Shown here: in pieces, positions 13,406 to 29,848 of the stretch
How positions within the stretch are numbered: the stretch's first letter is position 1
How the letters are laid out: each line of letters starts with the position of its first letter
NCBI RefSeq assembly: GCF_009914755.1
Contig: NC_060926.1
Length of the DNA: 64,000 nucleotides
From: the human T2T-CHM13v2.0 reference genome, Homo sapiens
Direction: 5' to 3' (one strand)
Translations under genes and position numbers: made by a program
The notes under the pieces: generated by a model
The model's database searches: none
What the model saw: only the letters and a program-made list of their open reading frames with translations
Told to the model about the DNA's origin: nothing

Positions 13406-13889
13406 TAAAGAAAATACTTGATAATTAAATTTAAAAACTTTATATACAATGATGCTGTTGATTTCCAAAGTATCTTACTAGGAATAGAATACTACAATAA
13501 GAATAATAAAAATGTAACAGATTATTGATGATATAGTATTTATGAAACTATTGTAGTCAATATAATTTAATCTAATAGAATTCTATTTTTATAACTATAA
13601 AAACCAAACTTTAGATATTCTTCTTTCAATTCATGTTCCACTAACATATTTTTGTCACTGATGAATGGAAAAAATAATTGCTACAGTTGTGTTTTCAGAA
13701 TGGTGCATAGACATTTATTTCATTAGTGATAATGTCTTCTCATTAGAAACTCAGGGTTTTGTATGTAATCTAAGGTAACTTTTCATTTTCTATGAACCGG
13801 CTCAAGTCAAACTACAAGGGAAGACTATAAAATGGAAGATTAATCCAAACAAATTTACCTCTCGACTTTTTAAGAACATAATGAATACT

Positions 13890-13912
13890 TGTGTGTGTGT
13901 GTGTGTGTGTGT
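13890..13912. repeat. (TG)n microsatellite
   Basis: Direct reading. Confidence 0.9.
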
Positions 13913-14289
13913 AACACAATTAACGAAGCACATTTACCTTTATTTGTTCATTAAGTCTTTAGCAAGCATTCTTTAAACAAATATTTATTGACCACTTTAA
14001 ATTCACTTTGAGGCACAGAGATGCTTCAAAGAGCTGACAGTATTTTGAAAAAGTTCTCTCTTTTAATCTTCACAACTCTTTGAGATATATAAAGCCCCTC
14101 TGTAACCACGACTAATATTAGAGTTCCAAGTGAATGAAAATTAGTGGAATAACAGCTGAAGTTGTGCTTTTACGTTTCCCTTAAATTGATCATATTCTTC
14201 ATATTCTAAAAGCAGTTACAAAGTAGTTAAGGTAGTTGCTATTATTATTATTACTGAAAAGAAAAAGATAAGAGAAGACAAGGGAAGTA

Positions 14290-14490
14290 GTAATCTAGCA
14301 TTCAATGAGTATCTTAGAGGCTAGGTACTTTACAGATGTTTCATTCAATTTTTCCCACAGCTCTGAGAGTTATATACAATTTACATTTTACAGATGAGAA
14401 ATTGAAGCTGATTGTGGTTAAGTAACTTATCTAAGTCACAGAGTTGGAACCAGAGAATGAATCTCACATTTTCTGATTATAAATCCTTTT
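14290..14490 (-). mobile_element. MIR SINE
   Basis: Core CATTTTACAGATGAGAAATTGAAGCT...GGTTAAGTAACTT..CTAAGTCACA. Confidence 0.75.
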
Positions 14491-15240
14491 TTTGTGACAC
14501 ACATTTTTCTTTTGGGATCTCTTCATATACGAATACAAACATGAAAGAAAGGGAAGTGATAGAGAACGGAAGCTAAGTAAAAGTTAACCGTGAATTAAGG
14601 TTTCCTCAAGTTTAATCACACGGAGACATTCTGTACTGCTGTCTTAAAAACAAGCTACTAAGGGCATACATTAGTAAAAGAGTCTTGAATTTCGCCATTT
14701 ATTGTCGACCAGGAGCCTCTGGCAGAACAGTTCTTAATTTCACAATTCCATGATGAAATAATCTGGTGCTATGCAACCTTTGGTACGTCTCTAAATCCCA
14801 GGGGATGGGAATGTTGAATAAAATTCATATTCAGAAAATGAAAAAAGGCTTGTATATATTTTCATGACAAGGTAATAAAATGATGTAGTGACTATGACTA
14901 ACAAAATTTATCTCAATTATTGTAGCAGATTGAATACACATTTGGTATGACTAGACTGATCCCAAATGAATATTCTTAGACACTCCTAAGTATTGATGAA
15001 AGTGAGTATGTGTGAGAGAATGATTCAGTCCCTAGATAATTATAGAGAAATGAAGTTATTAGAATGATTTTGGTAGTAAGTAAAAGAAAATGATACTTAA
15101 GTGAAATAGTTTAAAGCTATTTTTAGTATAGAAAAAATGCTAAATAAATAAATATTGAGCATAACAAATCTGGCTCTTTTATCTGTTAGATGAACCCTCC
15201 TTTAAACCAAGTATGTGTGATCAACAAATTTTTCATATTT

Positions 15241-15462
15241 AGTAATAATAACCATCTATTATTGAGAACCCACTCTGTGCCAGTCACTATTGTTTTGACT
15301 TTTATTTAATATTCATAATATTCCTAGTAGAAATTACTATTCACATTTCACAAATTAGGAAATTGAGGATCATACAGAAACCATAAAGCCAATTAGGAAT
15401 GAATTAATATTGAACTCAGATTTATCTGATACCAAAGCCTGAGGTTTTTCCTTTTACACTGT
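15241..15462 (-). mobile_element. MIR SINE
   Basis: TATTGAGAACCCACTCTGTGCCAG...CATTTCACAAATTAGGAAATTGAGG...TGAACTCAGATTTATCTGATACCAAAGCC. Confidence 0.7.
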
Positions 15463-18282
15463 GCATTAGGGGAATTTTCAGCTGATCTATTCTGTGCCAA
15501 TCCTACCTCTCCATGCTCCTTTGACTACCCAGCACCCTTGACCACTCATTACTCCCTCACCCTGTTTGGCCACAACTAAGTGGGCAGGGTCCCTGTACCT
15601 TGAAAGGTATGAGCCTAAACTCTGCTCTCTCTTTCCTCTTTCACTTCATAAACTCACACAGTAATTTCACCCAGGCCAATTCCTTCTTTTCTCAACTTTA
15701 TCCATACAGAGGTATGATTCAGAAAGTGGCAAGATCTCAAGGTTTTTACTCAAGTTTGTTTGTATGAGTGGAGGATGTGAAGGATGAAGATCATGGTAAG
15801 CAAAGGTGGGTGCCTACATGGCTTCTCCTCGGCTTTATTTCTGACAATACAAGCAGAGCACACCAATGGGTGTTCCTGTGCTTTTCTGTCTTTGTGTTAA
15901 TGAAGTCATCCTTTGATTCTCATTCTCCTCTTGATCCTGGCGTGCAGACCCCTCCTGCCATCCAACCAAGAATGATGCTGCGTAGGGCAAGGTTTGTCCA
16001 TTCCTGGGTACATGCCATAATGCCCAGGATATTAAAATTTTAATATCTTAAAACTATTAAAAGATATTAAAAGTTTTAATATCTTAAAAACTTTTCTTCA
16101 ACTACATCATATTGTCTCTCATTTTCTTCATTATGCTTGAAATGATTTCACTTTTAGAAAACCCAATGATATTTGTTTATTGTAAAGGCATTGTTACAAT
16201 AAAATAATTCTGTAACTACAGTAATTTATTTTGACTTTTTCTGTGTAAGTGAATGGGGGGGTAAAGAGGGGAGTCTTGATGTAAGTGTTCAATTATAATG
16301 TTCATATATCAATCACATGGAGATATCTTGATTGGCAGAAGGAGACCCCATTTACTCCTTGTGTTGTAGCTAATCTCTTCTTGTAAATACAGAATATCAT
16401 TATGGAATTTTGGAAGCTTTGAGGTTGGGGAAGCCAGAGAGTCAAATTCCAAGAGGTCAACAGGTCACACAGAGTAGAATTATGACATTGGTGACTTCAC
16501 TCTGGTCCAACTTCACAGGCCCAGAGACTCAATCTTGTCAATACCCTATAATTAGTCAGATGTGTTGGATGACTCACACTAACTAAATTCACAGGAGATT
16601 GAAGTGTATAAATCATAAAGGCAGCATGTTATTTGATAATAAGGAATGTAAGAGCCAACATAATCCAACACTCCTGTCTTCTTGCCAGAGTGCTTTTTTC
16701 CCACAAATAACCAGAAATAGATTTTATGTACATGGGATCAGGATAAGTTACATATTTGATCTGAGGCTTTACTAGCATTTCTGCAATAGAAATAAGTGTG
16801 GGCTAGTAAACAGTGTCTACTTATCTCTGCTTGGATGGACCGCTGCCAACATTTGTCTTTCTGGTTATATTGCTCATGATTAATACATTTTTCTTTGTGT
16901 TTCCAAATACATTACTCTAGTTACAATCTAGTCTTTTTTTGAGCATCTTTAAATAACATTCTAATATGTGGTGGATATAATAATGAAGTGCCATTTGAAC
17001 ACTGTAGGGAAAGATTTGTACTGATTTAGTTTTTAACAACTATATTTACCCTGTGAAAACATACTGGGGAAACTGGATTCTATAATTATTGTTAGTGATA
17101 CTTTCTTAGTCAAGTCATAGGCTATCAATGGATACACAGATAGAATTGACACTACCAAAAAATCCCAGAGAAAGAAAAATATTTTAAAAATGAATGTAAC
17201 ATGCCATTTAGAAAACAAAGCAAGCAAAACATATCTATTATAATTCCAAATTGTACACTACAATTTAAAGAGAAAATTCCAGGATTATGTCAACCACATA
17301 AAAATTTTGTTGTAAGATGAATCAATCCTGAACTTCAACCAAAGTAATTTGTTTTCTGAAATGCCTAAAGGACCTCAGTAGGATAGTCTTACTGAATGAA
17401 ATGGTCACATAAAGAGCCACAAAGTCACATTCTAATCTAAATATAAGCAGTTGCTATTGTAGCACTGTCAAATACTATCTAGTGTTATATAAATATTTTC
17501 TCTCCAGTTGACCAACTGGTAGGAACTAGATGAGTATAGGACCAGATAAAAAATTGCTAGAAATATTTTCTTCCTTTTCACTGTTAATTTAGATAAAGTG
17601 TCTTGAGGTGGGTAAACAACAGGGAAGAGGAATACTCAGTTTCTTATTAGATAAATATAAGCTCTGAAAAAAGGGTAGGCCCATTCATTTATGTTAAAAA
17701 TTCATACCTGCAAAATGTCATTTGCCTATACACACAACTGCTTCTGTTCTGTATTCTATGCTTTCTAGGTCACAGGTACAATACTACCTTTTTCCCCACT
17801 GAAGAGGTCAATGAAGTCCTCTGAATTGATTTTATCAATACCACCGATTTACCTTTACAGTTTATCTCATTTTATATTTTATACATAATAATATGAAATG
17901 TATTAACATTTTATAAATTCGTATAAGATATTAAGTTTTAGATTTGTTTAAGGAGTTATGTTATATAATTTGTAAAGGGGATCATCAACTTCTGGTTTCT
18001 ACTTGTCTTTTAAATCAAAGATTAACTTAAACTAGACAACTGACTCCCCACTCCAAGTTTGGCCGTCACCTTGGGTAGCATTTTCTATGTAGATGGCCCA
18101 TCTGCTTCTCCGCTCGGGTCTTTAATCCCCACATCTGTGGTGTCCTTTACTTCCAGAGTACTTCATCCAGCTGTTCTCTAAGCTACATTCTAGACTTTTT
18201 TTTTTTTAATAGTTCATTACTTCTTCTCCTTTCCAACGTTAGAGCCAAGCAACCAATTATCAATTCCATATCCATTACAGCT

Positions 18283-18447
18283 CAATGGTTCTCAGTCTTG
18301 GTTGCACTTTAGAGTATCTGGAGACAATTTCAAAATTTCTGCATTTCAGATTCATTAAATTGGAATCTCTAGAGGTGGGATCCAAGAATCAGTATATTAT
18401 ACAGCTCCCCAGGTGATACCAATATGCAGCCACAGATGAGAACCACA
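18283..18447. mobile_element. MER5A-type hAT-Charlie MITE
   Basis: Inverted ends CAATGGTTCTCA...TGAGAACCAC; internal AGCTCCCCAGGTGAT. Confidence 0.8.
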
Positions 18448-19223
18448 TTTTAAACTCTTGCATTCAGTTATTCTCCTATGCCTGTTATTGAAACACTGAA
18501 CCTTCAGCTGTCTCCAAGCCTCATTTTCCCTTGTTCTTTGCTCCACTGACTTCTTGTTTCATTCACCAGTGCACCATCAATCGTGGATTAACCTGAAGGT
18601 CCTTGCATGCCTCAGCATGTGGCTGGCTGAGCACTGGTGGTGAAAATCACAGAATAGGTCAGGACGGTGCCAGCACTGGTTCTTCATTTTCAATTGCACC
18701 TGGGTTCTCAGTGTTGGTTATTTCATGTTCCCATTCTCCACAATACATATTTGAAACATGCTTTACTTTTCTCAGACTACAAATTACCTGGCTTTAAGAA
18801 TTCAGAGTAACTTTATTTTTCCTGACATATCAAATGTTCTCATTTTTCCTCCCTTCCCAGCCTTAAACTTTCTACTTTATTGTTTTGTATCTCACAACTT
18901 GTGTTTTCATTCAGTTACCAAAACCCGAACATCTCCTCTGAGTTATGTTTTCTATCCCTCCTTATATCAAAGATCTCAAAAACCATGTGGTTTATATATT
19001 TTAAGACTTTGTCAATTTCTCAGTATTGCTGCAATTATGACCTTCAATTGGGCATCCACTTTTTTTCTTGATTGCTGAAATAGTCTCCAATAGGTCTCCC
19101 TGCCTCTAGTCTGCCTCTTTCTGAGCAATTCTCTAGAGTGATATATCCAAAACGCATACCATATTGTGTCTTTCTTTTGCTAGTCAGTTTATCAGCTTTA
19201 CCTTTATTATAAAGTCTGAATTG

Positions 19224-20150
19224 CCAGACACACTGGCTAATGCCTTTAATCTCAGCACTTTGGGAGGCGGAGGCGTGTGGATTGCTTTGAGCTCAGGTTC
19301 AAGATTAGCCTGGCCAACATGGTGAAACCCCATCTCTACTAAAAAATACAAAAATTAGCTGGGCATGGTCGTACCTACCTGTAGTCCCAGCTGCTTGGGA
19401 GGCTTGAGTCATGAGAATTGCTTGAACCTGGGAGGTGGAGGCTACAGTGACCAGAGATCATGTCACTGTGAAGCAGCCTCATTGTCTGGGGTAACACTCG
19501 AGGTTTGTTGTCTCATAGCCATGAGAACAAGGATGCAGACACACAAAGAGTGAGATTGACGATGGAAGTTTAATAGGCAAAAGAAAGAGAATAGCTCTCT
19601 GCTGCACACAGGGGTCCCAGAAAAATGGGTTGCTGGATCCACAGTGAAATGCAGGGGGTTTTATAGATGAGCTGGTGAGGAGGAGGTGTTTGATTTACAT
19701 AGGGAATGAAAAACTGGTTGGAACAGGTGTGCCATTTGCATAGGATGTGAATCTCTGGTAGCCCCCACCCTAATCTTTTATTATGCCTCTGCCTGAGCTG
19801 TGCCATGTTGCCCATTTCTTCATTACTATACACGTGGTAACAAAAAAGGGAAGATGGAGCCTCTATGTTGGACAGGCCTTGCCCCTGGGTAGCTCTTTTC
19901 TATTGGCGTAGCTGCCAGCATTCCCCGTGCAAGCTTCCGGCTTGCTTATCTATGTTTACAGCTTGATTTTTTCAGGCTGCTCTTGTTAGAAAAGAACTGA
20001 TTTGGGGGTTGCCTTTTGTTAGAGGGGAAGCTCTGCCAAGGACTCTTTTGCCCTCACTATCTGCCTAAATCATTTCTTTCTACCTCCTGTATCAACTGCA
20101 CTCCAGCCCAGGCAACAGAGTGAGACGCTAGTCTCAAAAACAACCAACCA
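19224..20150 (+). mobile_element. Old Alu (AluJb/Sz-like) split by an LTR: 19224-19468 and 20095-20150
   Basis: Right arm interrupted at CATGTC-ACTG and resumes ACTGCACTCCAGCC. Confidence 0.9.
19469..20094 (-). mobile_element. MER51-family ERV1 solo LTR
   Basis: TG...CA termini; 4-bp TSD ACTG (19465-19468, 20095-20098); minus strand starts TGATACAGGAGGTAGAAAGAAATGATTTAGGCAGATAGTGAGGG. Confidence 0.88.
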
Positions 20151-20924
20151 ACCAGTTTAAATTGCGGACTTGGGCTTAAAGGCTCTCAATCTGTCCTCTG
20201 TCTTTGCTGCTTCATATCAAGCATTGTACAAAATCCTGTTGCTTATATATCTTAAATATTTGTTCATTTGTCAGTACGGTTCCCTCTGCCTGGAACATTC
20301 TTTTCTCCCCTCCTTCATTAGCTCAGTTTAGCATCCCTTTTCCTAAGAAGCCATTCCCTAAATAAGTCTGGGTCTAGGGGCCCCTCTGCTTAGTGTCATT
20401 CTTCTTGGCTCTTCTACATCTACCATCATGATTATCCTGTTGTTTTGGAAGATTTTTTTCTCTGTGTATAATATTCCCCATAAACTATAAGTGCTCTAAG
20501 GGTAAGGATGACAATAATGTTCACTTTGTCTCCAATGTTTAGCATATAATTGGTTCCTAATAGGTTTTAATAAATAATTGGTGAATACATTCAAGTAAAT
20601 GTTAAAATACTTCTAATGGTTATTATATAATAAGATTCATTAAGAACTCCACGGAATTTCATAATGCAATAAAAAACTCAATAGAGAACTATAAATAATA
20701 ATGAAAATCCTGGGGCTTGAGTGAAAATTAGGTTAGTGATCTCATGTTTATATTTTTATTTTTGAGAACTTTTTCCATATTTGATACACTGAACATGATT
20801 ACCAATTCACCAGAAAGCTCATTAGGCATACATAGATAGAGAAGAATGCAATATTTATTTGTGGTCTGAAAATCACTTGAAAAATCTGGGCCAAAAATAT
20901 GTCCTTGTTTGCTGAAGGTGAGCA

Positions 20925-21333
<409 letters not shown>

Positions 21334-21567
21334 TGAAGCCTTAGTTTTGTGTTTTTGTTTTTTCTTATACTTTAAGTTCTAGAGTACATGTGCACAACAT
21401 GCAGGTTTTATACATAGGTATACATGTGCCGTGTTGGTTTGCTGCATCCATCAACTCATCATTTACATTAGGTATTTCTCCTAATGCTATCCCTCCCCCA
21501 GGTCCCCACCCCTCGACAGGCCCCAGTGTGTGATTTTCCCTGCCCTGTGTCCAAGTGACAGCATTAT

Positions 21568-25424
<3,857 letters not shown>

Positions 25425-25487
25425 TATGATATTCTCTGGTTATTTTGCCTGTTAATTGATGCAGTTTCTTCATAGCATTGATGGTCT

Positions 25488-26508
25488 TTACAATTTGGCA
25501 TGGTTTTGCAGTGGCTGGTACCAGTTGTTCCTTTCCATGTTTAGTGCTTCCTTCAGGAGCTCTTGTAAGGCAGGCCTGGTGGTGACAAAATCTCTCAGCA
25601 TTTGCTTACCTGTAAAGGATTTTATTTCTCCTTCACTTATGAAGCTTAGTTTGGCTGGATATGAAGTTCTGGGTTGAAAATTCTTTCTTCAAGAATGTAG
25701 AATATTGGCCCCCACTCTCTTCTGGCTTGTACGGTTTCAGCCAAGAGATCTGCTGTTAGTCTGATGGGCTTCCCTTTGTGGGTAACTCAACCTTTTTCTG
25801 TGGCTGCCCTTAACAATTTTTCCTTCATTTCAACCTTGGTGAATCTGACAGTTATGTATCTTGGGGTTGCTCTTCGCGAGGAGTATCTTTGTGGTGTTCT
25901 CTGTATTTCTGGAATTTGAATGTTGGCCTCCTTGCTAGGTTTGGGAAGTTCTCCTGGATAATATCCTGCAGAGTGTTTTCCAACTTGGTTCCATTCTCCC
26001 CATCACTTTCAGGTACACCAATCAAATGTAGGTTTGCTCTTTTCACATCATCCCATATTTCTTGGAGACTTTGTTTGTTTCTTTATACTCTTTTTTCTCT
26101 AACCTTGTCTTCTCGCTTTATTTCATTAATTTGATCTTCAATCACTGATACCCTTTCTTCCAGTTGATCGAATTGGCTATTGCAGCTTGTGCATGCTTCA
26201 CGAAGTTCTCATGCCATGGTTTTCAGCTCCATCAGGTCATTTAAGGTCTTCTCTACACTGTTTATTCTAGTTAGCCATTCATCTAATCTTTTTTCAAGGT
26301 TTTTAGCTTCCTTGTGATGAGTTCGAACATCCTCCTTTAGCTTGGAGAAGTTTGTTATTACCAACCTTCTGAAGCCTACTTCTGTCAACTTGTCAAAGCC
26401 ATTCTCCATCCAGCTTTGTTCCATTGCTAGCGAGGAGCTGCGATCCTTTGGAGAAGAGGTACTCCGATTTTTAGAATTTTCAGCTTTTCTGCTCTGGTTT
26501 CTCCCCAT
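25488..26508 (-). pseudogene. L1 ORF1 (RNA-binding protein), disrupted
   Basis: MGRNQSRKAENSK.. at 26508 ends early at 26209; KRANLHLIGVPESDGENGTKLENTLQDIIQENFPNLAR at 25852-26046. Confidence 0.92.
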
Positions 26509-27535
26509 CTTTGTGGGTTTATATACCTTTGGTCTTTGATGTTGGTGACCTACAGATGGGGTTTTGGTGTAGATGAACTTTTTGTTGATGTTGATGCTAT
26601 TCCTTTCTGTTTGTTAGTTTTCCTTCTAACAGTCAGGTCCCTCAGCTGCAGTCTGTTGGAGTTTGCTGGAGTTCCACTCCAGACCCTGTTTTGGTGGGTA
26701 TCACCATAGGAGGCTGCAGAACAGCAAGTATTGCTGCCTGATCCTTCCTTTGGAAGCTTTGTCCCAGGGAGGCAGCCACCTATATGAGGTGTCTGTCAGC
26801 CCTTACTGGGAGGTGTCTCCCAGTTAGGCTACATGGGGGGTCAGGGACCCACTTGAGGAGGCAGTCTGTCCGTTCTCAGAGCTCAAATGCCATGCTGGAA
26901 GAACCACTGCTCTCTTCAGAGCTGTCCAACAGAGACATTTAAGTCTGCAGAAGTTGTCTGCTGCCTTTTGTTCAGCTATCCCCTGCCCACAGAGATGGAG
27001 TCTAGAGGCAGTAGGCCTTGTTGAGCTGTAGTGGGCTCCGCCCAGTTCAAGCTTCCTGGCTGCTTTGTTTACCTACTCAAGCCTTAGCAATGGAGGATGC
27101 CCCTCAGCAATGGCAGACACTGCTGTCTTGCAGATCGATCTCAAACTGCTGTGTTAGCAGTGAACAAGGCTCTGTGGGCATGGGACCCGCCGAACCAGGC
27201 ACAGGAGAGAATCACCTTGTCTGCCATTTGCTAAGTCCTTGGGAAAAGCACAGTATTTGGGCGGGAGTGCCTCGTTTTTCCAGGTAGTCTGTCACAGCTT
27301 CCCTTAGCTAGGAAAGGGAAATCCCCCAATCCCTTGCACTTCCTGGGCGTGCGACACACCTCCCACCCCCTGCTTCAGCTTGCCCTCCGTGGGCTGCACC
27401 CACTGTCCAACTGGTCCCAATGAGATGAATCAGTTACCTCAGTTGGAAATGCAGAAACCACCCATCTTCTGTGACGATCGTGCTGAGAGCTGCAGACCGG
27501 AGCTGTTCCTATTCAGCCATCTTGGAAATCCCTCA
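26509..27535 (-). promoter_or_regulatory. L1 5' UTR internal sense promoter (the antisense-promoter region faces + strand)
   Basis: Position upstream of ORF1; YY1 core AAGATGGC at the extreme 5' end. Activity not shown; most CpGs decayed. Confidence 0.6.
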
Positions 27536-27538
27536 CCA

Positions 27539-27662
27539 CTTAGTTTTTAATCTGTAAAGCGAAGACAATTAAGCTTGCATCACAGGGCTGTCATGTAGGT
27601 TAAATGAGACAATGTATATAAAGTTCCAAATAAAGTACCTGCTAAAGTAGATGGTCAATAGT
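27539..27662 (+). mobile_element. MIR, 3' half
   Basis: TCTGTAAAG..CACAGGGCTGTCATGTAGGTTAAATGAGACAATGTATATAAAG; continues the MIR at 20925-21020. Confidence 0.75.
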
Positions 27663-29465
27663 TTTGTTCCTTTTACAGTGGCACCTAAAATGCTATCATT
27701 ATTTTGGATTAAAGTATATCTCCAAGAACTCCCTGTTAAATGCAATTATCGAACATGACAAGCAAACATTTGTGTTTGTGCACGTGGTGTGTTTATTTAT
27801 TCTTCTCTATGGTAATACAATTCTGACAGCTGGTCACAAAAAGAGTGGATAGAGTGTGTTATGGCCTTTTAAGAGGCATGAGAGATGGTGTGATAAGACA
27901 TTGACTAGGGTGAGGTTTAAGCCTATACCTCAGTGCTAGGACTCTATAGAAAACATTGGATCCTTGGAAAAGAGGGAGATAAAGCCTCAACGCTGAGGCA
28001 GACAGCAGGGCTGTTGGACAGGGAAGAGTGCATCTAAGATAGGTTTCAACCTCCTTATATTTTAATTCAGACAAACTGGTTTATCTCATTTGGCTTTTGA
28101 GAACCCAAAAGGAGACATTTATGTTGAGGTTACTAAACTGTGCATCCTGGAGCATTTCTGTGAATCTGGGCCTTTCAGTGTTTTCAGGTTAACAATTCTT
28201 TACTTCTGTCACCTCTCTTTGTTCATATTAAAGTACAAATACCCTGTGGAAACTATTCAGTAAAAATGCGGCCCTTTGAAACAAGTGATTTCTAGTTAAA
28301 ATCATCTGAATAATTTTGCTGCTTAGTTTTTATCTTGCACTCTATTTTTGTGCATCAAGAAATTTAGACATTTAAAGATATGCATGTTGAATTAAAATAA
28401 AAAAGAAACACAAAATAGTAAATTTTTGATACTGTCACTAAGTTATGATGAATTTCTCTTTCAATACTTAAAATTCTCTTAAGAAGTGTGAAGTGTTTTC
28501 TATTAGCTGAATTGCATTTACATTTATAATCTAGCCAGGTTTGGGGAATTTCATTAAAAACCTTGTTAAAATTCTTACGCAGCATTTACATTTCACTTAG
28601 CTATCACAAGAGGGAGTAAGAGCTCTGCTTAATTTTATATATTTTCAAACTTTTCCCAAGATAAGTTGTATAAAAAGAACCCCCTTGAGTGCTGATGATG
28701 AAATTATTTACCTTTTCCCTAATTCATCTAAGAATTCCTTTATTAACACTTAATTTGGAACTGACATGACAGTGTAGTCAAGCAAATAAAAGTTAAATTC
28801 ATGAAAATATTAGAATCTTTGCATTTAATACACGATCATTTTGCAAAACATCTGAGTGTATTTTTTATACAGGTTGGCTAATCTGCCTGAGTTAGCTATC
28901 ATGTTTTTAGCATTTAGGTTATTGCAACAAAGCTTTTTATTGACAATGATGCAACATAATAATGAAATATGTTTCAAAGGTGAAAAATAAGCTTTTAGGA
29001 GAAAAACTTGAAATTCCTTTTCTAGGATTTCTGTAACTTATGAAAGTTCACTGTTTTCCCTTCTAATTTTATTGTTTTCCTGAAAAAGCTGTGTGCTAAA
29101 GTGCACACAATCACTTTATATACTTTGACATTCCACACATCATTAGATGGTTTTGAGAAAAAGTGTAAAATATCTCCTATGGAAAGTACAACATTGCTGA
29201 TCTTTGTAAAGTTTCTTAAGAAATGAAAATTTGTGAAATCCCTTTTTCATCACATCAGTATGTTTTTCTTATATTCTTTAACAGAATAGGTATAATTTCC
29301 CCAGAAGATTGCTTCTTCCAGCTTAAAAATAAAGGGCTAAGACTTGAGAATCTGTTGCTATTTAAGAAAAGAGGTTCCCAAACTTAATATTGAATGGGTA
29401 ATGCATATGTTTTGCTTTATGAATAAAAGACAGACATTATGATGAACTGATGCTACAACATGTTT

Positions 29466-29848
29466 TTAATTTAATTTATTTATTTTGATAGCTTTATGGG
29501 CATGAATGGTTTTTGGTTATATGGATAAATTTTGTAGTGGTGAAGTCTGGGCTTTTAGTGTACCCGTCCCCTGGATAGTGTACATCGTACCCATCCCCTG
29601 GGTAGTGTACATCGTACCCCTCCCCTGGATAGTGTACATCGTACCCATCCCCTGGATAGTGTACATTGTACCCATCCATTCCTGAGGTACTTCACTTAGG
29701 ATAAAGGCCTTCAGTTCCATCCAAGTTGCTGCAAAATACATTATTTCATTCCTTATGGCTGAGTAGTATTCCATGGCATGTATACACCATATTTTCTTTA
29801 TCCACTTATTGATTGATGGGCACTTTGGTTGATTTCATCTTGCAATTG
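29466..29848 (-). mobile_element. 5'-truncated L1PB-type 3' end with an internal minisatellite
   Basis: TTTTGGTTATATGGATAAATTTTGTAGTGGTGAAGTCTG..., CCAAGTTGCTGCAAAA; diverged TSD TACAACA..TTTTTAA on both sides. Confidence 0.85.
29560..29677. repeat. 27-bp minisatellite, ~4.4 copies (GTACCCATCCCCTGGATAGTGTACATC)
   Basis: Copies start at 29560, 29587, 29614, 29641 and 29668 (partial). Confidence 0.95.

Larger units (their letters stand above)
18900..20595 (+). mobile_element. L2 3' portion, split by an Alu (itself containing an LTR)
   Basis: TAGTCTCCAATAGGTCTCCCTGCCTCTAGTCT before the Alu; TTCCCTCTGCCTGGAACATTC and an L2 tail (AACTATAAG..TAATAAATAATTGGTGAAT) after it. Confidence 0.65.

Noticed and set aside
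29494-29774. ORFs with repeated peptides (GYDVHYPGD / GMGTMYTIQ), or a CRISPR-like array
   Set aside because: These are translations of a head-to-tail 27-bp minisatellite with no unique spacers, inside an L1 3' UTR
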